A stretch of DNA of 64,000 bases from Eledone cirrhosa (GCA_964016885.1 OZ024746.1:39122001-39186000); one strand, 5' to 3'. Positions 26,310 through 41,920 are shown, counted from the stretch's first letter. The notes: generated by a model from the letters alone, not told the origin. Made by a program: numbers and translations.

Positions 26310-26984
26310 GCGCCGAAAATAACCGGAGAGGGTGTGTGTGTTTTATTTTTACGTTGAAACGTAAGTTCGGACGGAAACAGTGGCTGACGGCTCCTTTCTT
26401 CACGGGACAAAATGGGAATCTTATATTATTAGTAACTCAATATTACTACTGATCTGCACCTTAGAAAGTCTTGTTTCATTTAATTTGTGTTAGTAGAGTG
26501 CTGTGGTACGACACTGGGGTGTCCACCTCTCCACCAGGCAGGCTATTTAAAGTTGGTTATATAGCAGGAAAACCAGCAGTTGCACATACAACAGGTCTCA
26601 CCCCTCCGTGACACCTTTACTGTCCAAGGGAAAGGAAAGGCAGGAGTGGAGACAGCTTAGCACCAGGTATTGTCATAACGAAGTCTTAGAAAGTCTAGCA
26701 CCCTTCATTGGTACCAGCACCAGTATCTAGTAACTTATCTAGCAACATACATATATATAAATAGAGAGAGAGAGATAGAGAGAAAGGCGATCATATACAG
26801 ACAGGCGCGCACACGTGTATGTGAAATGGGTGCGTCCCAAAGCAAATGAACATGATAATAGTTAGGAAAATCCAATAAAATACCTGGTGAAGACATGAAC
26901 GGGTGACAAGAGACTCCTACGAGTAATATATACATACATACTATACACACACACATACACATATATATACACATATATATACAC

Positions 26985-27047
<63 letters not shown>

Positions 27048-27204
27048 TATATACACACACATGTCTATAAATTATATATACATTCTTTTTATGACAGGCT
27101 GTACATGTAACTGTTGTAACTCATTATACTTAACTTGTCTTATGGACTGGGTGCTCTAAACCCTTGGATATTTCTACCAAATTTATACAACAGTATATAC
27201 TATA

Positions 27205-27259
<55 letters not shown>

Positions 27260-28898
27260 GAATTTATACTCCTGCAAAACTGTTTACTACTTTAGCTCAC
27301 CCTCAATTCCTGACAGTCACTTATTTGCCTGCGTCGTCTACTTCACTGGCCCAGTCAACCTTCCGATTAATATCACTTGGTCTGTAGTGTTAAGTAGAAA
27401 AAGAAAGAAAGAAAAAGAAAGAGAGAGAAGGTGAGGGGGCTGAGTGTGCAGCTCGGTCTTGAAACTTTGATTCTACTTCATAAGTGCGTGCCAACACACA
27501 CTCACACACAACGCGCACTCACATTATACACTCACACTCACACTCACATATAAACAGGTACATTCTTACGCACACGCATCTGTACATGTACATATGTATG
27601 TGTCTGTGTGTCTATTTGTATGTTGCGTCTTTTTATGTCCCGTAACTGCGAGGTTCGATTAATAAAAATCGATACATTAAAGTACCTGGGTCGACATGAT
27701 TGACTAAACCCCCTGAAAAACGATGCCACGGCATCTACTATGATTGAAACTAGTAAAACAAAAAGAAAAACAAAAGAATATATCTATCTATATATCCATA
27801 AATCTATATGTATTTGTTTACATTAGCGTCGGACTACTTTTACTCTCTGGGATTGTTATTAAAAAAAATCATGTAATATAAATTACTAGACTATCAACTG
27901 ACTGTATCTAATATACCTTTCAGTTCTCGGTAATACATACATACAAAAAAAGAAAGAACTAGGAATCTATCCCAGGCTGGTTAGTTATCATAGACTGGAT
28001 AGTGAATGTGAACATAATCTGACCGTTGAGATATTGAGATCTCTCGTAATAGAGAATATTAAAGAAGGATTTAATGAATACAAACCAGCCAAAACACAGA
28101 GAGTTAACCAGTGGATTGTACAGTTTTCTTAAATGTGGACCACCTGTCGGATTTTCACAACTTTGATTTCACCTCATCCGTGCGCGCCAACAAAACACAT
28201 ACGTACGAGCATTCACATAACATCAAGCTATATAAGTTTGCATACATACATACTTACATACATACATACATACATACAGACATAGATACATACAGGCATA
28301 CATACATACATATATACATACATACAGGCAGGCAGGCAAGCAGACAGACATATATCCATACACCTATACATACATACATACATTCATACATACAGGCAGA
28401 CAAACATATATACATACACCTATACATACATACAGGCAGACAAACATATATACATAAATCTATACATACACTCATACATACATACACCTATACATACATA
28501 CATACATTTACTCATCGCACATATATTTTATCTTTTCGCATTCACACATACACAGAAACACACAAAAATACGTCCCCAGAAATAATATCAAGCTATATAA
28601 GTTTGCATACATACATATATTCACTGCATATATATATATATATATATATAATTCATATTTGACCATGTCCTATATAAGATGCACACACGCACACACATAT
28701 ATACATACATTCTGTATATAGAGAGTGACCAGTATACGTTTATGCCACGGTATATGAGCAAGTCTGCAAAAGAAACACATGTAAACATTGAAAATAAAAC
28801 AATTCACTACTACATACACACTTACACATATACAGCACATAACATATATTGATTCAATAGTAATTTATAATAATTTCTTTCCTTTCACTGAATAACGG

Positions 28899-28969
<71 letters not shown>

Positions 28970-29168
28970 AAACTGTCTATCTATTTATCTTTTTGAGGAC
29001 TTTTTATTATTATATTATTATTGTTATTCCTTTTTTTCTTTACTCGATTTATGTAAACTGTGTATTTGTCCCCTTCTTTTGTGCCCTCGTGGCAAATAAA
29101 TAGAAATCTATCTATTTATTTATCAAATTATCAGTCTCTTTTTTTTATCTCTCTCTCAATCTCTCTCT

Positions 29169-29254
<86 letters not shown>

Positions 29255-30211
29255 TGATGCTAGTCCTTAAAGTTATTTTATAATACATGCAAAATTATAT
29301 ACACATAGTGATATATAATATCGATCCTAATACTATTTCATGATCTAGAACAGAACGGGGCATCTGATTGTACCACAACCACACACACAAACAAACACAC
29401 GCACGCACACACGCACACACATATACACACACACACAACCACACAGACACACACACACATATACTTAGTTGCACAACCCACGCAATCACACACACGTACA
29501 CATATACACACACACACATATATATATATATATACGTATACGTATATATATATATATATACTAGTGGTTACACACAAATACACACACCAACTTCTCTGTC
29601 CTTAAAGTTCTAGAGAGATTCACACGCGGGCATAGACAGGCACACCCACAACCAATATACGCATGTACACATACATATACACATTGCTACCATATCCACA
29701 CCTAGTCTATACATTCATACACACATAGCATTACAATACCAACACATGGTTAAACACATACACACAAACACGTATACACACGCAACCACATACAAGCACA
29801 CGCACACACACACATAAATATATAGATGCGCGCGCACACAGACATAAGCTAATATGTATATACTTATATATACACATATATATATATATATATAAATATA
29901 TAAATATATAAATATACATATATACCTGCATAAGTAATATCTTAAAATTGGTTTCTACCCTTCCGGAAGCTGGATTAACCATCATACCTATAAACACGGA
30001 AAGACAGCTGGTGACCAGTGACTTAGACCGGTAGGTGGCAGTCATTTTTAGACCGGTCTGAAGTAATCCAGGCGTCTATTACAGGTAAGTTATCAATTAC
30101 TTTTAGATCAATAGATTATATAGATTTACAAAAAAAAACAACAATAAAAAAAAAAAAAACCCCAAAACCCCCAAAAAAACAAAAAAAAACAAAAAAAAAA
30201 AACGTTATCGG

Positions 30212-30376
30212 CAGTGCCGGATTTAGGACAAATGAGGTCCTGTGCTAGTTAAGTTATGAGTCCCCTTATTTGAGCCCTGAAGGAGGTAAAAACAAATTTT
30301 TTTTCAGCAGGAAGTTCTCCCGCCCCTACCCAACAACACCCTGTGTTAAGCACACCTAAACACAATGGTAAATTCG
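30212..30376. mobile_element. Possible hAT-type MITE with a damaged right end
   Basis: CAGTGCCGGATTTA...TAAATTCG, flanked by duplicated GTTATCGG. Confidence 0.45.
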
Positions 30377-30859
30377 GTTATCGGTAATTTTTTGTAGAGT
30401 TGGTCACCGGCTTCTAATGAATTGCTCATTTAGATAATAACTTACGTCAAGTATTAAATTGTAGTAGTAGTGGTAGTGGTAGTGGTATTAGTAGTAGTAG
30501 TAGTAGTAGGTGGTGGTGGTGGTGGTGGTGGTGACTGTTATTAATTTGGGTTTCTAATTTTGGCATAAGGCCAACAACGTTGGTGGGTGGATGGAGGGGG
30601 TGAGAGAAATCGATTAAATTGATCCTAGTACTTGAGTGGTACTTTGTTCCTTCACCACCACCACCCGGAAGGAAAGAAGGAAAGAATGAAGAAAGGAAGG
30701 AAGACGAAATTGACCTCAGTGAGATTTGAAATCTGAACATAAAGAACCGTAACGAAATACCGACGCTCTAACGATTCTGCCAATTCAATAAATAAGAGTA
30801 GTCGAGGTTGGGGTGGTAGTTCTCACTGTTATGTATGTGTCTATATGTATGTGTGTGTG

Positions 30860-30944
<85 letters not shown>

Positions 30945-31671
30945 ATGTGTGTCTGTGTGTCTGTGTATGAGTGCTTATGTGTCTGTGCTTGTGTGTTTGT
31001 ATGTCAGTGTTTGTGTGTGAGAGGTGTTAGTATTGGTGTGTGTGGTGCTTATGTGTGTGTGGTGCTTACGTGTGTGTTTGTCTTTGTGTGTGTGTGTTTA
31101 CGTATGTGTATATGTGTTTGTGTATTTGTTTGTGTGTCTTTGTTTGTGTGTGTTTACGTATGTGTATATGTGTTTGTGTATTTGTTTGTGTGTCTTTGTG
31201 TGTGTGTGTTTACGTATGTGTATATGTGTTTGTGTATTTGTTTGTGTGTCTTTGTGTGTTTGTGTGTCACACATTTGTAAACAATAATTTGAGAGGGATA
31301 TGAAAAAAACATACAAACAAAACAAAAACTCAGCAAACGGAAACCTAAAAGAATCCACTGATGAGAATCGAGCCCGGAATACCTAGCTTACCGGTCGAAA
31401 ACTATCTGCCTGGTAAGGAAGGCTTGGCAGCTAAACGGTATATGTACGTCTGGTTTGTTTCATATAGACGGGACCGTTGTTACATTTCGATCACAAGCTG
31501 ATGTGTGTAACTTTATATTATATCTGATACTGTTAATATTTAAACCTTAACTATAAATATATAGTTTATAAAAACAAGCACACAGAAACACAAGACACAT
31601 ATACACATGCACATATACACACACACACACACACTAACAACACACATATAAACATGCACACACGCAACAAT

Positions 31672-31706
<35 letters not shown>

Positions 31707-31840
31707 GCGTGTAAACAACCGGTTCGACTATATTTCAAATATATATATATATATACGCACACACACACACATATATATATACACACACACACATATATAT
31801 ATATACACACACGCACACACACATATATATATACACACAC

Positions 31841-31927
<87 letters not shown>

Positions 31928-32091
31928 GAGAGAGAGAGAAAGAGAGAGATGCAAAAGTCCGACCGCGGTGCCCAGCGGTTTCGGTTTTTGGTGTTCAGCG
32001 AGCTCCGGGGGTGTAGTCATATCCCTACACTGCATCACTCCATGCATTGAGTATTCCCATGATTAGTGGCCTACTCGGTCTCTTGGTCTCA

Positions 32092-32128
<37 letters not shown>

Positions 32129-32234
32129 CAACTAGAAATTGAGTGACATATATATATATATATCTAAAATAAACATATGAAACAATCACAGGTATAATTT
32201 GTACAAATTATTCCCTGTGATTGTTTCATATGTT

Positions 32235-32291
<57 letters not shown>

Positions 32292-32404
32292 AGTCAATTT
32301 CTAGTTGATATAAAATGCTCGGATCTATTCATTGGAATCTTGGAGCATATTCTACAGTGGATATGGCGCATGTCTCTCTGACATGACACCCTTAATTTAA
32401 TTTT

Positions 32405-32449
<45 letters not shown>

Positions 32450-34653
32450 AGAGAGAGAGAGAGATATGAGGTTTGGCTCTGCAAACGAGGGAAGCGAAAC
32501 TCAAACATATAGATTGTGCTATATATCTTTTATTATAGCTGGGAAACACTGCCTAGGCGGACTATTTATGTGCACCTATCAAAGTTTGATAAGTTCACTT
32601 CAGCATGAACATTCCTGACTCCAGAGTAATTGGTATAGCTTCACAGTTATAAAATATATAATATGCGATCAGCTAAACGTCCCACTCGTAAAGTAACGTA
32701 TAAATGGTTGAGTATTGTTCCGACATACGTGAGCCTTATTTAATTCCCAAACTGAATGAGCATGACAATATTTGACAAGGCTGGACCTTTGGTATATAGG
32801 TACAATCCACCTGACAAGATTTTTAGTTTCCGTCTATCCAATTTCCCTCAGTATGTTTGAGTCAACATAAGGCGGAAGTAAAGACAAACGCAAACACAGA
32901 CCTGCAAACCTCTAAAAACCCAAACGGGGAGTACCACGAAAAAAAGTGCCCCAAATCGGGGAGAAATGAAATGTTGATGTTTCGCCTCAGGTAAGCTTTA
33001 ATGAAATAAACTTATAATTAAATACGTTCCAACTATGACTAACCTGTCTCTATTTGTTTCTGAATACATTATTCAATGTATCCTTTATTTTTTAAAGATG
33101 ATATTGTTTGATTTGTGGAACATTTAGCTGCTATTTTTAGCAGGTCAAGCCACCACGTTGAAACTATTCTTCGTTGGCTTGTCGTTAGAGTAAGTAAACA
33201 GCATTTGTATTCAAAAAGAGGAACAATAAGAAATGGGATGTCCATGCCTTCTGTAACAGGGAAATGAAACAGTTATAACCAGGAAGTATTAAACTATGTC
33301 ATACAATACATTGACAAAGGCCGTAATCTGATACTTTATGTTTGCCATGCCTGCGTACGTGCACATGCACACGTGTGTGTATATATAGATATATCCATAT
33401 TACATATCTATATAAAACACACGAAGAGCCAAACTCACACACGTACGCATATTTAATGGGCATTGTCCCTTCCTCTCTCACTAACATGTATATATATATA
33501 TATATATGAAACGCTGTTATGCTTTGAAATAAAACTGGTTATATAGTTCTAAAGGTTCTTGAGTTCTCGTGTAGCATACACATATACACCCAAATATATA
33601 TATTTGAATACAAATGGTAGAAATTGTTATCATATAGAGTATTAGGGGACGGTAAATTGACAGAATCGTTAGAGCTTCCTACTCTTTGCGTTCTGAGCTC
33701 ATATCCCGCTAAAGTTAGCTTTGCCTTTCATTCTTACGTGGTCAATAAAATCAAGTACCAGTAACGCATTGGAGTCAATTTGATCGACTTCCAAAATTGT
33801 TGGCCTTGTGCCTAAATCAGAAATTAATTAGAGTACTAGAATATATCTACATTTTATGACCTATCATTTATTGCACTGTCAATATTTTAGTGATAAAATG
33901 ATATCTATTTACATAAAATCACTGCTTCTTTAAACTCTATATCGTTGAAGACGTGAGGGAGGGGGTTCTACTGTGACTATTCGAATTAAATTTTTATTAA
34001 TAACATTGAGAAAATATCACGTTTTTTTTAGGGGGGGGGGTGATTTTTGCTGTATTCCCCTATATTTTAGTTTCAAACCTCTAAGTATTTCCCCCAGCAG
34101 GGGGAAATGAGGCAAAATAGGAAGTTTTTACATAATGAAAGATTTACCCATTTTCACAAGAGAAGACATCTTCTCACCCACCCAAAAATGGGTTGGAAAT
34201 CTCTCCGTCGGACGGGTAGAGTTGACAAAAATATTTGGGAAATGTATCTTAGAACATCATGAGTGTTGTAACAACCTATTTCACTTCCACCGAAAATATA
34301 GACCCTTGATGTCTTTCCAAAAGAAACTATAGTTAAATTGTAAAGTTAGTTGAAGAAGCGTATTTCTCTACCTGTTATTTTATGGTATTTTGTTCCACAA
34401 ATCACTACTCTAATTTCATATCCTACTGGCAACTTACATTTTACCTTCACAAATAACTTATCTTATATCTATATCAGTGCAAGTTTACAGATTTGTATGG
34501 GAGGGTTTGGGTGATTGAATCGACCTCTCTGTACATGGTTAGCTCGAAATTGAAATAATAAACTCTGTAAGACATTTAATCTGCCAATCTATCATTCGTT
34601 GCTTCACTGCTTTAAGTTTCTATACCAGTGTGAAGTGTGAGTACTGTAGTGCA

Positions 34654-34697
<44 letters not shown>

Positions 34698-34763
34698 AGG
34701 TTATATTGGAGTTTACCAATATATGTCCTGGTAAATTGGTTATTATTCACTCTTAATTTGTTA

Positions 34764-34814
<51 letters not shown>

Positions 34815-34819
<5 letters not shown>

Positions 34820-35027
34820 AACGAGTAGGACCCCGACGGCTGAGCTCAAGCCGTTTCGACGGCTAATTCTGGACTAAAAATAAAAAATAAAAAAAATTAG
34901 CCGTCGAAACGGCTTGAGCTCAGCCGTCGGGGTCCTACTCGTTCCTATTACCCACTCTACTACCCTAAGTATTGAGTACTTTGGTAGGTTATGGTCCACC
35001 TGGTTCCTTACCACATTTCCTTCGTTA
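34815..35027 (+). mobile_element. Small fold-back repeat in (TA)n carrying the 3' half of a hammerhead-like fold
   Basis: 34815-34868 is inverted at 34895-34948. Contains GAAACGGCT tgagctc AGCCGTC. Homologue at 50514-50705. Confidence 0.7.
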
Positions 35028-35129
35028 TATATATATATATATATATATAATATTAGTGGAAGTAGGGGATATAGCGCGAGCTCGGCGGTTTCGGCTAGTT
35101 CCTTTTTCGTGTGTGTATATATCTATATA

Positions 35130-35183
<54 letters not shown>

Positions 35184-35235
35184 CAAATGAATAAGTGTAG
35201 GAGTCGCAAGTCGTTATAACAAAATATTTATATAA

Positions 35236-35743
35236 TTCTTACATAATGTTTCACCCACATTAATTAATAATAATTGTTTCGACTTTTGGCACAAGGCCAG
35301 CAATTACCCAGTGCATTACTGGTACTTTATTTTATCGACCCCGTAAGGATGAAAGGCAAAGTTAACCTCAGCGGGATTTGAACTCTGAGGTTAACTTTGC
35401 CTTTCATCCTAATAATTAATAATAATTATTTCGACTTTTGGCACAAGGCCAGCAAATACCCAGTACATTACTGGTACTTTATTTTATCGACCCCGTAAGG
35501 ATGAAAGGTAAAATTAATAATAATTGTTTCTACTTTAGGCACAAGACCAGCAATTACCCAGTGCATTACTGGTACTTTATTTTATCGACCCTGTAAGGAT
35601 GAAAGGCAAAGTCAACTTCGGCGGGATTTGAACTCAGATCGTAAAGGGACGTAACTATGCTGGAAAGCATGGTGTCTGACCCTCTACCGATACTGCCAAT
35701 CCACGGCCCTTAAAATTAATAATAATGCAGGGTCTTCAGAGAA
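35236..35743 (-). ncRNA. Hammerhead ribozyme interrupted in loop II by a SINE cluster
   Basis: Reverse complement reads TTCT-CTGAAGA-CCCTGCATTA [insert] TAATGTGGGT-GAAACAT t ATGTA-AGAA. The insert is bounded by a duplicated AATTAATAATAAT (35262-35274 and 35714-35726). Confidence 0.7.
35275..35713 (-). mobile_element. Tandem cluster of three SINE family 1 copies with an internal fold-back
   Basis: Three repeats of GGCACAAGGCCAGCAATTACCCAG...ATCGACCC; 35346-35410 is a hairpin. Confidence 0.85.
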
Positions 35744-37954
35744 AGTATATTTGTTAGTACAAATGTCTATCAAAGTCAATATAACCAGCCAAGCTGGGTG
35801 AAAATACATTCATAGCATTGGTTATCCGCTTTCGATGTCAGTCGGTTTGTATAATTCTAAGCCTGTCTCCGAGTCACTACACACGAAGACTGAGTGCTGC
35901 AAATGAACAGCAAATGTTGTTTACAAATATTTAGCACGAGATTTAAATAAATACCGCGCAGGTTATTTGTAAATAGGTGCTTTCAAGCAAAGGAGATTCC
36001 GAGAGATTTGTTGAATTCATGATACTCACTTGTAGTCAACCATACTATTTTACTTACCTAAACCTTTGAAAAACGCATAAGCACTACACAACCATGTAGG
36101 TAAGTTCTCTGTATATATTTTGTTTACATATCATTGTTGTTGGTTTCTGTGGCTGCCATTGCTACTGCTACTGTAAGAAATTGCTGTTATTATTGTTGTC
36201 ATTTTCGATCCAGCCGATCAATGGTATTTTAGCCATGACCGAGTCCCATAAACTTGTATTGCATGGTAACTTCTAGAAATATTTTCAGGCTTTTATCTCG
36301 GGTTCTAGTTCAGCAGATTATATTCCTCTTTAGGTTATACCCAAACAAGATAAGGAACTCTACAAGTCAAGACAGTGCTGATGCTGCTTAGATTAATACG
36401 TTATTTCAACTGTAAAGTACTCTATTCACATGACCAAGTTATTTGACTTGTCCTCAGACAAAATATAGTGCCAATTCTTATCGGCTCACCTGCAATCTTT
36501 TCTAAACGTGTGATGGCATCCATTAGTCTCACAATTAGTCTTACAAATGAAAAGTTTTGTATCAATCTGTATTGGTAGAGCAGCAACTGTTGTTTCTATA
36601 GAGATCCACATGAATCTTTATTCTACGCTATCTGTGATGTACTGTGTCGGTATGGTGAGGTAACCCTGGAGTGTCCACGCCAAGGGGCAGGCTTGGGCAA
36701 AGTTGTATGAAAGAACAGCAGTGTGACCATCAATGTTGTCCAGGTGAAGGGCAAGGTTCGATATAGCTTGTCACTAGTACCGTCCGAAAGGCTGCCAAAA
36801 TGAAGCTGAAGACAATGTCGGATTGCTTTTCAGATTCCAGCTCTGGAGTTGACCCCGGGGGTTACTGATGAAACCCAGCGAACTGAAACACTGGTTTTAT
36901 GGCGCTAAAATCGTCTTTGCCCTCTTCTGCTGTCAGGAAACTATTATTGCGAAGCCTAAGCCACACGAAAAGTCCAGGCGATGAATTTAGTTATCAGAGG
37001 TTGAGTAATTCGAATGCCACGAGATGCACTTTTTGTGAGGTGGGGATTTGACTGCTCTAGCATCCTCGGCTTGAGTATTTTGGAATCTTCTAGTCATGAA
37101 ATTAATACTAATAATAACACACCACACTTCTAGCTTGCAATGTTCAAATACAGCATACCGGAGAATACATTAAAACTTTCGGTTAATGACATACTACCAA
37201 CCATTTTATTTCTTGCAACAGCTCATTAATAACCGGGATCATGGATAATATAAAGAGCAGAATACTTAGAACACACCTTCAATGTGTCATTATCTGGATC
37301 AATTTTGATGGTGGACGCAACATGGCTGAATGCTAAAGACGTTAGATACCAGATTCGATCACAGCCGCAGCATTTTGACCCAGTATCATTTACCATAGCC
37401 TTGGATATACTCTAGCATTTCGAGTGTAGCTGATTAGACAGAAACTGTTTGGAAGCCCGTCGGATGGGCTATATTTGTAATTCAAAAGGCCAGCCTTGTC
37501 ACGTTAAACTTATTTCTCTGGGAATTACGTTAATTGTACACGTGTCAGTGAAATACTCAGTCACGTGCACGTTAAGTTCATGAGTTACATATCCCATTAA
37601 TCGAATAACTGGAACACTTATCGATGAAATCGATGGAGGTTCATTCTGTTTCCTGGTGATAGCACTACATGACCTTGAAGCGTCGATAAAATGTCAGGGG
37701 AGAGGGGACCTCGGTACAAACACGAAATAACAACAAAGAAACTCGCAAGGAAATAAGAGAAATTAATAATAATAAAAAAGTTTGTACGACATAACCAAAT
37801 GATGTATTTTAAAATAAGATACGTTTGAAAGGAAATGTGTTCTTCATTATGCAGCAAGTATATATATATATATATATATATATGTGGGGGGGGGGGGGCG
37901 TGTACAAGTCTCTCTATATATGCATAAATAAATAAATATATATCTATATGCATA

Positions 37955-38053
37955 CAGGGTGTCCCAAAATTGTATACACACTTTGATTACTTGTACAGGC
38001 AATATTTATTAGAAGGCTGTTGAAATGTGTATACATTTTGGGGGGACACCGTG
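37955..38053. mobile_element. Tc1/mariner-type MITE
   Basis: TA-CAGGGTGTCCC...GGGACACCGTG-TA. Confidence 0.75.
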
Positions 38054-39938
38054 TATATATGGGTATAATGTTCCTTTGTAGTTAGTGTGCACAAGCATGC
38101 AAGTTGTGCAATTTGTTCCTCTAACAGAAGCATGTGCACGCTGTATAAATATTATTATTGACGACTACATTATTATAGTATAACTAAACCTTTTGTCTAC
38201 ACGTTAATTTCTTGAGTCTCGGTTGCAAAGCACGTTAGTACGCACATGTGCAAAACCTCTAGCGTAGTGATGGGAGAAACAACCTTTTCCTTTCAACACG
38301 AAGTGGAAACAGGACTGTGTTCTAGATTTATCACATTTCTTTATTAGTTACTTTCTAAACAAGCTAAATATATAGAAAAGAAAGCAGTGGATGGAATGGT
38401 ATATTTATTTAATAAATTAAGTTTAATAAATAACATGCTTTGTATCTAAACGCCTCTTAAAGCGTTTTGTTTAAATTAATTAAACTCCATAATATTTCAT
38501 TAAAAATATTTAAAAAATAATTTAAAAAAAAGATATACAGTATTGGTGCCCCAACATGGTCTCAGCTCCTCGGCTTGAACGCAAATAAATAAATAAATAA
38601 ATTTAGAACACTGTAGTGTCTTCAATATAACGCAAATCATTGATTTGACTAAACTTCGGATAAAATGATTTGTGGTATTTGTTCTGCTTCAATGTGCTCA
38701 GCATTCAAATCCCGCCTAGGACAACTTTGTCCTTTCATCCCTTCCGGTTCGATAAACATAGTACCAATCAAGCATTGATTTCTCCCTGCCCCTCTGAAGC
38801 GGCTACGTGAATGAGTCTAGAACCGCGCTGTTCATTTATTGTGCCATATATTCTTTCACAGGCGGCGAATTGAGTCGTTAGAACGTCGGATAGAACAATT
38901 TATCGTATTCGGTCCGGCTCTTTCCTTTCTGAGTTCAAATCCCGCTGAGGTTAACTTTAGTTTTCGTCCTTTCGAGACCGATAAAAAAGTACCAGTCTAG
39001 TACTGGGGGCTCGATTCGTCCTCTATATCTCTTTCTCATTTCCTCTCTCTCACTTTCTGTCTTTCTCTGGAAGACATCTGCTGTACACAGACCTGGAGAG
39101 GGAAGGGCTCCGCCAGGCTTAACAATGCCCAAGAAACGCCGAATATCAATACGGCGCCCCTACGACTCTATCAAGAGTTACGGGACCATACATGCATACA
39201 TACATATTCTTTCACAACTCCCTGGACAGAGGAAAGATGTACAACAAACACACACACACACACACACACACACTTAAAACAAACACACTGTAGTCTGTCT
39301 GTGTGTGTATGATTAGATATATTAAGCATATTACATTAGTTACATTGTTTTTCAATTTATCACTTCCTATTCCTGTCTTTCTTTCTCTCTATCTGTCTAT
39401 CTGTTTCTTTCCTCCCTCCCCTTCCCCCTCTCACTGTCTCCCATACCCCTCACTCTCCCTCTCTCTCATTGTAACCATATGTTAATATCTTCCCTTCATC
39501 ATTCCCACCGTCAACCTCACTCACTATAATTTTCTCACTTTCTAATTATTCCCCCATCCTCACTCTATGTACCTTGATGCCTCCACCCATTTTTCTCCTC
39601 TCTTTCCCACGCCGCTTCATACATATTTACATGTTCTACCCAGTCACAGTCCCCGGGCATCCCTGGCTTTTCATTTTCAACAAATAAATACTGAATCCCC
39701 GAGTAGATATTATGTTTCTCTGAATTCAGTAACAAACACGTACCAACACACCCATTTATAACATCGAACTTAATAGAGTTATAATCATTTTCGGGTGGCT
39801 AGCTTTCAGCGGCTCGTAAATTATATATACTTGCTGAAATTGGCTGAAACGTAAAATTTTGTTATTATGTTCTTCTGGTTTTATTCAGACTTCAGACATT
39901 TTTTTTTTGTATTAATTCCTAACCAATAGAGAGAGAGA

Positions 39939-40001
<63 letters not shown>

Positions 40002-40199
40002 GGTTTCTAACACAGAAACAAGATTCTTTCATTGAACTTTAGACAACACCAACTAGGTAATTATGTATATATGCCTGAATGTACTTGTGTGTTTGTTCAG
40101 ATATGGATGTCATTACATGTGTGGAATTGTATGTTTTGAGTTATATATGCGCATATACATACATGTTTCTACATCTATCCGGGTGTATATACAGTCAGT

Positions 40200-41330
40200 T
40201 ATTACATGCTAAATTTCTGGAATGTTTTACATATTTTTAAAGTCCCATTAAAGGACTGTATTTGTAATTCCCTAATTAGCCATACTTTTTATGGCTCTGT
40301 GAACCCCAGCTTCTCAAGATTTGTACTGAGGCAGTTAGCAATATATCCAAGTAACCTATGATCACGGGTATACATCTAAATGTAGGGTGAAATATCGATA
40401 GTCTCCTTATTGGCTCTGGATAAATAATCTCGTTTTCGTTAATCCTTAATACAGTATTATCATCTGCCCTGCAGATGATTTCTATTACATTGCACGTCTT
40501 CTTTTCTCTGTCCCATATCACTACGTCTGGTCTGTTATGTTTACATTTTATTGGCGTTTTGACGGGAATATTCTACATGTCCTCTTATTCATATGTGTGC
40601 GTCTCCCCTCCACATCGCTGTAACGTTTTATACTTTTATCCACATGACTTTCCTTGCTACGGATTGCATTATATAGTGTTTTGGTCACCACATCATGCCT
40701 CATAGACAGATAGTATCGTAATGACATTTTCGAACAGCTGCATAAAATGTGAGTGACATCCTCGATGTTTATTCCACAGAAACTGAAAATTGTCAAATCT
40801 TGGTGTTTTGCCTGCTTCCCTGTTTGTTCGTGCATCAAACATTTCGTTGTTATTTCCTATTTCTGGATTGCAAAAGCATATCCTTCAAAGTGAGAGTTAA
40901 TGTACCAGTTGTTAGTCCAAGTTAGACTACTTTGGTTAACTTTATTACTCTCCCCTTGATAACATAGCCATACATGACGTTTTACTGATAAGCATACAGA
41001 TTTTCATTCCCTGATTCGTTGCGGTAGTGTTGAATGTGTGGTTTTGGTCATCATTCAGAGAGCTCCGTTCAAATTCTCATGATGTTATGTGCTTCGTGTG
41101 GACATTGTTCTGTAGATGAACGTCTATGCTTGGTTGTTGGTAGAAGTTGTCAAAGGGTTATGACTCGACATTCAGAAGCTGTCTGGATGTATATTAAACT
41201 TGTATCTCCCTGCTTACGTTTTAAATAAAGGCGGTCTGTCACTGTTCGAGTTGAAATTGTTTGGTGTAGGTTAGAATTTTCCGGGTACCAATGGTTCGAA
41301 TCATATCTATTGCCTAGTCAATTAGTCCAA
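40200..41330 (-). pseudogene. Decayed R4/Dong-like non-LTR fragment (CCHC plus restriction-like endonuclease)
   Basis: CG..EDVTHILCSC...RHDVV, NRRDVVIWDREKKTCNVIEI and IPVIIGYL motifs in broken frames. Confidence 0.75.
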
Positions 41331-41381
41331 ATGTATGTGTGTATGTATGTATGTATGTATGTATGTATGTATGTATGTATG

Positions 41382-41920
41382 TTTTCTCTTTCTCTTAATT
41401 TTGAGTATATTTTTTGACCGGCCACCTTCCTGGTGGCAAGGTTGTAAAAGAAAAGAAATTGTCATCCCTTGAATCGCAAGAATGTTTTGCAAATTTTGAA
41501 GGTGCCAGCTATCGCAGCCATTTGTAGACTATGAATTAGGGAGCTGCGCTTTTTGTCCGCAAATCCAAGTTCAGTCATACTTTGGTCCAAGCGGGTTGGT
41601 ATATAACCCGTAGCACCAATAATGATGGGTATGAAGCTAAAGGTGTATCTTGGATACTGGATTTGTAAACTCCTCATCAATGGTCCGTAGATGTCCTCCT
41701 TCTCCTGTATTTTTCTGACAACGTTTACATCAAGTGGGCAGCTGATCTCCACAACAGAACACGTTTTCAATGTGTGGTCCCAAACTACAATATCAGGCCG
41801 GTTGTACTTTAATTTGGTGGCAGTTTTTATTTTCAGGTTCCACCAGTATTCCTTAGTGCCATCTGTCTCAATATATTCTTCCTCGTTTGTTGTTGATTTT
41901 GTTTTCCGAAGTGAAAACAA
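41382..41920 (-). mobile_element. 5'-truncated R4/Dong-like element (restriction-like endonuclease C-terminus plus 3' UTR) in (TATG)n
   Basis: YWWN...NRPDIVVWD...VVEISCPLD...KEDIY...IPIIIGATG, stop at 41462. (TATG)n on both sides. Confidence 0.85.

Noticed and set aside
31355-31440. tRNA gene on the minus strand
   Set aside because: Only a decayed B-box-like segment and no cloverleaf; more likely a SINE relic.
36860-36900. CTGATGA...GAAAC
   Set aside because: No stem I or stem II pairing. Other isolated CTGATGA hits at ~31358, 45094, 60433, 61170 and 63554 also lack partners.
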